Part shown: positions 55,001 to 64,000 of the stretch, piece by piece
Layout: each line of letters opens with the position of its first letter
Position numbering within the stretch: position 1 is the stretch's first letter
Notes under the pieces: model-generated
Database searches by the model: none
The model's input: only the letters and a program-made list of their open reading frames with translations
What the model was told of the DNA's origin: nothing
Assembly (NCBI GenBank): GCA_964247055.1
Contig: OZ176052.1
Coordinates: 13,578,001-13,642,000 of the forward strand
DNA from: Paragordius varius
Lineage: Eukaryota > Animalia > Nematomorpha
Direction of reading: 5' to 3'
DNA: 64,000 nucleotides
Program-made: the position numbers and the translations under genes

Positions 55001-58000
55001 ATGATGGAACTACCATAGGGCTACCCAAAAAAAATTATGGTGACATCACCTGATCAAATTTAAATTTTAGGTAGCCATTTTTATTTTTAAAATCGTATAA
55101 AATAAATTTTTAAATATTTAAAAAATTCATAAAAATTACATTTATACTCCGATCTCGAAAATATTTGGGGTAATGATGGAACTACCATAGGGCTACCCAA
55201 AAAAAATTATAGTGACATCACCTGATCAAATTTGGATTTTAGGCAGCCATTTTTATTTTTAAAATCGTATAAAATAAATTTTTTAAATATTTAAAAAATT
55301 CATAAAAATTACATTTATAGTCCGATCCCCAAAATATTTGGGGTGATGATGGAACAACCATAGGGCTACGCAAAAAAAATTATAGTGACATCACCTGATC
55401 AAATTTGGATTTTAGGTAGCCATTTTTATAAATCGTATAAAATAAATTTTTAAATATTTAAAAAATTCATAAAAATTACATTTATACTCCGATCTCGAAA
55501 ATATTTAGGGTGATGATGGAACTACCATAGGGCTACCCAAAAAAAATTATAGTGACATCACCTGATCAAATTTGGATTTTAGGTAGCCATTTATATTTTT
55601 AAAATCGTATAAAATAAATTTTTTAAATATTTAAAAAATTCATAAAAATTACATTTATACTCCGATCTCGACAATATTTGGGGTGATGATGGAACTACCA
55701 TAGGGCTACCCAAAAAAAATTATAGTGACATCACCTGATCAAATTTGGATTTTAGGTAGCCATTTTTATTTTTAAAATCGTATAAAATAAATTTTTTAAA
55801 TATTTAAAAAATTCATAAAAATTACATTTATAGTCCGATCCCCAAAATATTTGGGGTGATGATGGAACAACCATAGGGCTACGCAAAAAAAATTATGGCG
55901 ACATCACCTGATCAAATTTGGATTTTAGGTAGCCATTATTATTTTTAAAATCGTATAAAATAAATTTTTTAAATATTTAAAAAATTCAAAAAAATTACAT
56001 TTATACTCCGATCTCGAAAATATTTGGGGTGATGATGGAACTACCATAGGGCGACCCAAAAAAAATTATGGTGACATCACCTGATCAAATTTGGATTTTA
56101 GGTGGCCATTTTTATTTTTAAAATCGTATAAAATAAATTTTTAAATATTTAAAAAATTCATAAAAATTACATTTATACTCCGATCTCGAAAATATTTGGG
56201 GTGATGATGGAACTATCATAGGGCTACCCAAAAAAAATTATAGTGACATCACCTGATCAAATTTGGATTTTAGGCAGCCATTTTTATTTTTAAAATCGTA
56301 TAAAATAAATTTTTTAAATATTTAAAAAATTCATAAAAATTACATTTATAGTCCGATCCCCAAAATATTTGGGGTGATGATGGAACAACCATAGGGCTAC
56401 GCAAAAAAAATTATGGCGACATCACCTGATAAAATTAAGATTTTAGGTAGCCATTTTTATTTTTAAAATCGTATAAAATAAATTTTTTAAATATTTAAAA
56501 AATTCAAAAAAATTACATTTATACTCCGATCTCGAAAATATTTGGGGTGATGATGGAACTACCATAGGGCTACCCAAAAAAATTATGGTGACATCACCTG
56601 ATCAAATTTGGACTTTAGGTAGCCATTTTTATTTTTAAAATCGTATAAAATAAATTTTTTAAATTTTTAAAAAATTCATAAAAATTACATTTATACTCCG
56701 ATCTCGAAAATATTTGGGGTGATGATGGAACTACCATAGGGCTACGCAAAAAAAATTATGGTGACATCACCTGATCAAATTTGGATTTTAGGTAGCCATT
56801 TTTATTTTTAAAATCGTATAAAATAAATTTTTTAAATATTTAAAAAATTCATAAAAATTACATTTATAGTCCGATCCCCAAAATATTTGGGGTGATGATG
56901 GAACAACCATAGGGCTACGCAAAAAAAATTATAGTGACATCACCTGATCAAATTTGGATTTTAGGCAGCCATTTTTATTTTTAAAATCGTATAAAATAAA
57001 TTTTTTAAATATTTAAAAAATTCATAAAAATTACATTTATAGTCCGATCACCAAAATATTTGGGGTGATGATGGAACTACCATAGGGCTACGCAAAAATA
57101 ATTATGGCGACATCACCTGATAAAATTTGGATTTTAGGTAGCCATTTTTATTTTTAAAATCGTATAAAATAAATTTTTTAAATATTTAAAAAATTCAAAA
57201 AAATTACATTTATACTCCGATCTCGAAAATATTTGGGGTGATGATGGAACTACCATAGGGCTACCCAAAAAAAATTATGGTGACATCACCTGATCAAATT
57301 TGGACTTTAGGTAGCCATTTTTATTTTTAAAATCGTATAAAATAAATTTTTTAAATTTTTAAAAAATTCATAAAAATTACATTTATACTCCGATCTCGAA
57401 AATATTTGGGGTGATGATGGAACTACCATAGGGCTACGCAAAAAAAATTATGGTGACATCACCTGATCAAATTTGGATTTTAGGTAGCCATTTTTATTTT
57501 TAAAATCGTATAAAATAAATTTTTTAAATATTTAAAAAATTCATAAAAATTATATTTATAGTCCGATCCCCAAAATATTTGGGGTGATGATGGAACAACC
57601 ATAGGGCTACGCAAAAAAAATTATGGCGACATCACCTGATCAAATTTGGATTTTAGGTAGCCATTTTTATTTTTAAAATCGTATAAAATAAATTTTTTAA
57701 ATATTTAAAAAATTCAAAAAAATTACATTTATACTCCGATCTCGAAAATATTTGGGGTGATGATTGAACTACCATAGGGCTACCCAAAAAAAATTATGGC
57801 GACATCACCTGATCAAATTTGGATTTTAGGTAGCCATTTTTATTTTTAAAATCGTATAAAATAAGTTTTTAAATATTTAAAAAATTCATAAAAATTACAT
57901 TTATACTCCGATCTCGAAAATATTTGGGGTGATGATGGAACTATCATAGGGCTACCCAAAAAAAATTATAGTGACATCACCTGATCAAATTTGGATTTTA

Positions 58001-61000
58001 GGCAGCCATTTTTATTTTTAAAATCGTATAAAATAAATTTTTTAAATATTTAAAAAATTCATAAAAATTACATTTATAGTCCGATCCCCAAAATATTTGG
58101 GGTGATGATGGAACAACCATAGGGCTACGCAAAAAAAATTATGGCGACATCACCTGATAAAATTTGGATTTTAGGTAGCCATTTTTATTTTTAAAATCGT
58201 ATAAAATAAATTTTTTAAATATTTAAAAAATTCAAAAAAATTACATTTATACTCCGATCTCGAAAATATTTGGGGTGATGATGGAACTACCATAGGGCTA
58301 CCCAAAAAAAATTATGGTGACATCACCTGATCAAATTTGGACTTTAGGTAGCCATTTTTATTTTTAAAATCGTATAAAATAAATTTTTTAAATATTTAAA
58401 AAATTCAAAAAAATTACATTTATACTCCGATCTCGAAAATATTTGGGGTGATGATGGAACTACCATAGGGCTACCCAAAAAAAATTATGGCGACATCACC
58501 TGATCAAATTTGGATTTTAGGTAGCCATTTTTATTTTTAAAATCGTATAAAATAAATTTTTAAATATTTAAAAAATTCATAAAAATTACATTTATACTCC
58601 GATCTCGAAAATATTTGGGGTGATGATGGAACTACCATAGGGCTACCCAAAAAAAATTATAGTGACATCACCTGATCAAATTTGGATTTTAGGCAGCCAT
58701 TTTTATTTTTAAAATCGTATAAAATAAATTTTTTAAATATTTAAAAAATTCATAAAAATTACATTTATAGTCCGATCACCAAAATATTTGGGGTGATGAT
58801 GGAACTACCATAGGGCTACCCAAAAAAAATTATGGCGACATCACCTGATCAAATTTGGATTTTAGGTAGCCATTTTTATTTTTAAAATCGTATAAAATAA
58901 ATTTTTAAATATTTAAAAAATTCATAAAAATTACATTTATACTCCGATCTCGAAAATATTTGGGGTGATGATGGAACTACCATAAGGCTACCCAAAAAAA
59001 ATTATGGTGACATCACCTGATCAAATTTGGATTTTAGGTAACCATTTTTATATTTAATATCGTATAAAATAAATTTTTTAAATATTTAAAAAATTCATAT
59101 AAATTACATTTATACTCCGATCTCGAAAATATTTGGGGTGATGATGGAACTACCATAGGGCTACCCAAAAAAAATTATGGTGACATCACCTGATCAAATT
59201 TGGATTTTAGGTAGCCAGTTATATTTTTAAAATCGTATAAAATAAATTTTTTAAATATTTAAAAAATTCATATAAATTACATTTATACTCCGATCTCGAC
59301 AATTGGGGTGATGATGGAACTACCATAGGGCTACCCAAAAAAAATTATGGTGACATCACCTGATCAAATTTGGATTTTAGGTAGCCATTTATATTTTTAA
59401 AATCGTATAAAATAAATTTTTTAAATATTTAAAAAAATCATAAAAATTACATTTATACTCCGATCTCGACAATATTTGGGGTGATGATGGAACTACCATA
59501 GGGCTACCCAAAAAAAATTATAGTGACATCACCTGATCAAATTTGGATTTTAGGTAGCCATTTTTATTTTTAAAATCGTATAAAATAAATTTTTTAAATA
59601 TTTAAAAAATTCATAAAAATTACATTTATAGTCCGATCCCCAAAATATTTGGGGTGATGATGGAACAACCATAGGGCTACGCAAAAAAAATTATGGCGAC
59701 ATTACCTGATCAAATTTGGATTTTAGGTAGCCATTTTTATTTTTAAAATCGTATAAAATAAATTTTTTAAATATTTAAAAAATTCAAAAAAATTACATTT
59801 ATACTCCGATCTCGAAAATATTTGGGGTGATGATGGAACTACCATAGGGCTACCCAAAAAAAATTATAGTGACATCACCTGATCAAATTTGGATTTTAGG
59901 CAGCCATTTTTATTTTTAAAATCGTATAAAATAAATTTTTTAAATATTTAAAAAATTCATAAAAATTACATTTATAGTCCGATCCCCAAAATATTTGGGG
60001 TGATGATGGAACAACCATAGGGCTACGCAAAAAAAATTATAGTGACATCACCTGATCAAATTTGGATTTTAGGTAGCCATTTTTATTTTTAAAATCGTAT
60101 AAAATAAATTTTTAAATATTTAAAAAATTCATAAAAATTACATTTATACTCCGATCTCGAAAATATTTGGGGTGACGATGGAACTACCATAGGGCTACCC
60201 AAAAAAAATTATAGTGACATCACCTGATCAAATTTGGATTTTAGGTAGCCATTTATATTTTTAAAATCGTATAAAATAAATTTTTTAAATATTTAAAAAA
60301 TTCATAAAAATTACATTTATACTCCGATCTCGACAATATTTGGGGTGATGATGGAACTACCATAGGGCTACCCAAAAAAAATTATAGTGACATCACCTGA
60401 TCAAATTTGGATTTTAGGTAGCCATTTTTATTTTTAAAATCGTATAAAATAAATTTTTTAAATATTTAAAAAATTCATAAAAATTACATTTATACTCCGA
60501 TCTCGACAATTGGGGTGATGATGGAACAACCATAGGGCTACGCAAAAAAAATTATGGCGACATCACCTGATCAAATTTGGATTTTAGGTAGCCATTTTTA
60601 TTTTTAAAATCGTATAAAATAAATTTTTTAAATATTTAAAAAATTCAAAAAAATTACATTTATACTCCGATCTCGAAAATATTTGGGGTGATGATGGAAC
60701 TACCATAGGGCGACCCAAAAAAAATTATGGTGACATCACCTGATCAAATTTGGATTTTATGTGGCCATTTTTATTTTTAAAATCGTATAAAATAAATTTT
60801 TAAATATTTAAAAAATTCATAAAAATTACATTTATACTCCGATCTCGAAAATATTTGGGGTGATGATGGAACTATCATAGGGCTACCCAAAAAAAATTAT
60901 AGTGACATCACCTGATCAAATTTGGATTTTAGGCAGCCATTTTTATTTTTAAAATCGTATAAAATAAATTTTTTAAATATTTAAAAAATTCATAAAAATT

Positions 61001-64000
61001 ACATTTATAGTCCGATCCCCAAAATATTTGGGGTGATGATGGAACAACCATAGGGCTACGCAAAAAAAATTATGGCGACATCACCTGATAAAATTTAGAT
61101 TTTAGGTAGCCATTTTTATTTTTAAAATCGTATAAAATAAATTTTTTAAATATTTAAAAAATTCAAAAAAATTACATTTATACTCCGATCTCGAAAATAT
61201 TTGGGGTGATGATGGAACTACCATAGGGCTACCCAAAAAAAATTATGGTGACATCACCTGATAAAATTTGGACTTTAGGTAGCCATTTTTATTTTTAAAA
61301 TCGTATAAAATAAATTTTTTAAATTTTTAAAAAATTCATAAAAATTACATTTATACTCCGATCTCGAAAATATTTGGGGTGATGATGGAACTACCATAGG
61401 GCTACGCAAAAAAAATTATGGTGACATCACCTGATCAAATTTGGATTTTAGGTAGCCATTTTTATTTTTAAAATCGTATAAAATAAATTTTTTAAATATT
61501 TAAAAAATTCATAAAAATTACATTTATAGTCCGATCCCCAAAATATTTGGGGTGATGATGGAACAACCATAGGGCTACGCAAAAAAAATTATGGCGACAT
61601 CACCTGATCAAATTTGGATTTTAGGTAGCCATTTTTATTTTTAAAATCGTATAAAATAAATTTTTTAAATATTTAAAAAATTCAAAAAAATTACATTTAT
61701 ACTCCGATCTCGAAAATATTTGGGGTGATGATGGAACTACCATAGGGCTACCCAAAAAAAATTATGGCGACATCACCTGATCAAATTTGGATTTTAGGTA
61801 GCCATTTTTATTTTTAAAATCGTATAAAATAAATTTTTAAATATTTAAAAAATTCATAAAAATTACATTTATACTCCGATCTCGAAAATATTTGGGGTGA
61901 TGATGGAACTACCATAGGGCTACCCAAAAAAAATTATAGTGACATCACCTGATCAAATTTGGATTTTAGGCAGCCATTTTTATTTTTAAAATCGTATAAA
62001 ATAAATTTTTTAAATATTTAAAAAATTCATAAAAATTACATTTATACTCCGATCTCGAAAATATTTGGGGTGATGATGGAACTATCATAGGGCTACCCAA
62101 AAAAAATTATAGTGACATCACCTGATCAAATTTGGATTTTAGGTAGCCATTTATATTTTTAAAATCGTATAAAATAAATTTTTTAAATATTTAAAAAATT
62201 CATAAAAATTACATTTATACTCCGATCTCGAAAATATTTGGGGTGATGATGGAACTACCATAGGGCGACCCAAAAAAAATTATGGTGACATCACCTGATC
62301 AAATTTGGATTTTAGGTGGCCATTTTTATTTTTAAAATCGTATAAAATAAATTTTTAAATATTTAAAAAATTCATAAAAATTACATTTATACTCCGATCT
62401 CGAAAATATTTGGGGTGATGATGGAACTATCATAGGGCTACCCAAAAAAAATTATAGTGACATCACCTGATCAAATTTGGATTTTAGGCAGCCATTTTTA
62501 TTTTTAAAATCGTATAAAATAAATTTTTTAAATATTTAAAAAATTCATAAAAATTACATTTATAGTCCGATCCCCAAAATATTTGGGGTGATGATGGAAC
62601 AACCATAGGGCTACGCAAAAAAAATAATGGCGACATCACCTGATAAAATTTAGATTTTAGGTAGCCATTTTTATTTTTAAAATCGTATAAAATAAATTTT
62701 TTAAATATTTAAAAAATTCAAAAAAATTACATTTATACTCCGATCTCGAAAATATTTGGGGTGATGATGGAACTACCATAGGGCGACCCAAAAAAAATTA
62801 TGGTGACATCACCTGATCAAATTTGGATTTTATGTGGCCATTTTTATTTTTAAAATCGTATAAAATAAATTTTTAAATATTTAAAAAATTCATAAAAATT
62901 ACATTTATAGTCCGATCACCAAAATATTTGGGGTGATGATGGAACAACCATAGGGCTACGCAAAAAAAATTATGGCGACATCACCTGATAAAATTTGGAT
63001 TTTAGGTAGCCATTTTTATTTTTAAAATCGTATAAAATAAATTTTTTAAATATTTAAAAAATTCAAAAAAATTACATTTATACTCCGATCTCGAAAATAT
63101 TTGGGGTGATGATGGAACTACCATAGGGCTACGCAAAAAATTTATGGTGACATCACCTGATCAAATTTGGATTTTAGGTAGCCATTTTTATTTTTAAAAT
63201 CGTATGAAATAAATTTTTTAAATATTTAAAAAATTCATAAAAATTACATTTATAGTCCGATCTCGAAAATATTTGGGGTGATGATGGAACTACCATAGGG
63301 CTACCCAAAAAAAATTATGGTGACATCACCTGATCAAATTTGGATTTTAGGTAGCCATTTTTATTTTTAAAATCGTATAAAATAAATTTTTAAATATTTA
63401 AAAAATTCATAAAAATTACATTTATACTCCGATCTCGAAAATATTTGGGGTGATGATGGAACTACCATAGGGCTACCCAAAAAAAATTATAGTGACATCA
63501 CCTGATCAAATTTGGATTTTAGGCAGCCATTTTTATTTTTAAAATCGTATAAAATAAATTTTTTAAATATTTAAAAAATTCATAAAAATTACATTTATAG
63601 TCCGATCCCCAAAATATTTGGGGTGATGATGGAACAACCATAGGGCTACGCAAAAAAAATTATAGTGACATCACCTGATCAAATTTGGATTTTAGGTAGC
63701 CATTTTTATTTTTAAAATCGTATAAAATAAATTTTTAAATATTTAAAAATTCATAAAAATTACATTTATACTCCGATCTCGAAAATATTTGGGGTGATGA
63801 TGGAACTACCATAGGGCTACCCAAAAAAAATTATAGTGACATCACCTGATCAAATTTGGATTTTAGGTAGCCATTTATATTTTTAAAATCGTATAAAATA
63901 AATTTTTTAAATATTTAAAAAATTCATAAAAATTACATTTATACTCCGATCTCGACAATATTTGGGGTGATGATGGAACTACCATAGGGCTACCCAAAAA
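52050..64000. repeat. Distinct variant subfamily domain with 26- and 27-monomer-offset duplications
   Basis: AGGCAGCC occurs 12 times between 53171 and 63521 and was not seen earlier. Offset 4483: CATAAGG (54501/58984), GCCAGTTATA (54731/59214), CGACAATTGG (54811/59294). Offset ~4659: GGGCGACCC (56052/60711), GGACTTT (56613/61273). Confidence 0.85.

Larger units (their letters stand above)
1..64000. repeat. Tandem satellite DNA array, ~173-bp AT-rich monomer, ~370 head-to-tail copies, single orientation
   Basis: TTTGGGGTGATGATGG recurs at 1, 173, 346, 519, 692 ... 63961. Monomers differ only by scattered SNPs and 1-7 bp indels. The array runs off both window edges. Confidence 0.99.

Noticed and set aside
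1-64000. CRISPR array
   Set aside because: No unique spacers; the entire 173-bp unit is conserved, and there are no cas genes.
1-64000. rDNA spacer, 5S/tRNA tandem array, transposon insertion or inversion
   Set aside because: No rRNA or tRNA similarity or internal Pol III boxes recognised; no non-satellite sequence or orientation switch seen in a manual read.

Overview
The whole 64-kb window is one uninterrupted, head-to-tail tandem array of an AT-rich (~26% GC) satellite. The monomer is ~173 bp (mean ~172.4; about 370 copies). Consensus: TTTGGGGTGATGATGGAACTACCATAGGGCTACCCAAAAAAAATTATGGTGACATCACCTGATCAAATTTGGATTTTAGGTAGCCATTTTTATTTTTAAAATCGTATAAAATAAATTTTTTAAATATTTAAAAAATTCATAAAAATTACATTTATACTCCGATCTCGAAAATA. 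I saw no genes, RNA genes, transposon insertions, inversions or unique sequence. I do not recognise the family or the host; it looks like eukaryotic centromeric or pericentromeric heterochromatin. The information is at two scales. (1) Within the monomer: a ~94% AT half containing a perfect 24-bp palindrome and ~10-bp-spaced A/T tracts, and a GC-richer half that folds back on itself and carries box C/box D-like motifs in kink-turn spacing. (2) Across the array: rare SNPs and micro-deletions show a mosaic of nested local and dispersed duplications (3-, 4-, 5-, 6-, 7-, 9-, 15-, 26/27-, 40-, 51/58-monomer offsets) and regional variant subfamilies, not one regular higher-order repeat. All offsets were counted by hand from marker variants, and block edges are approximate. 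No protein-coding system is present.
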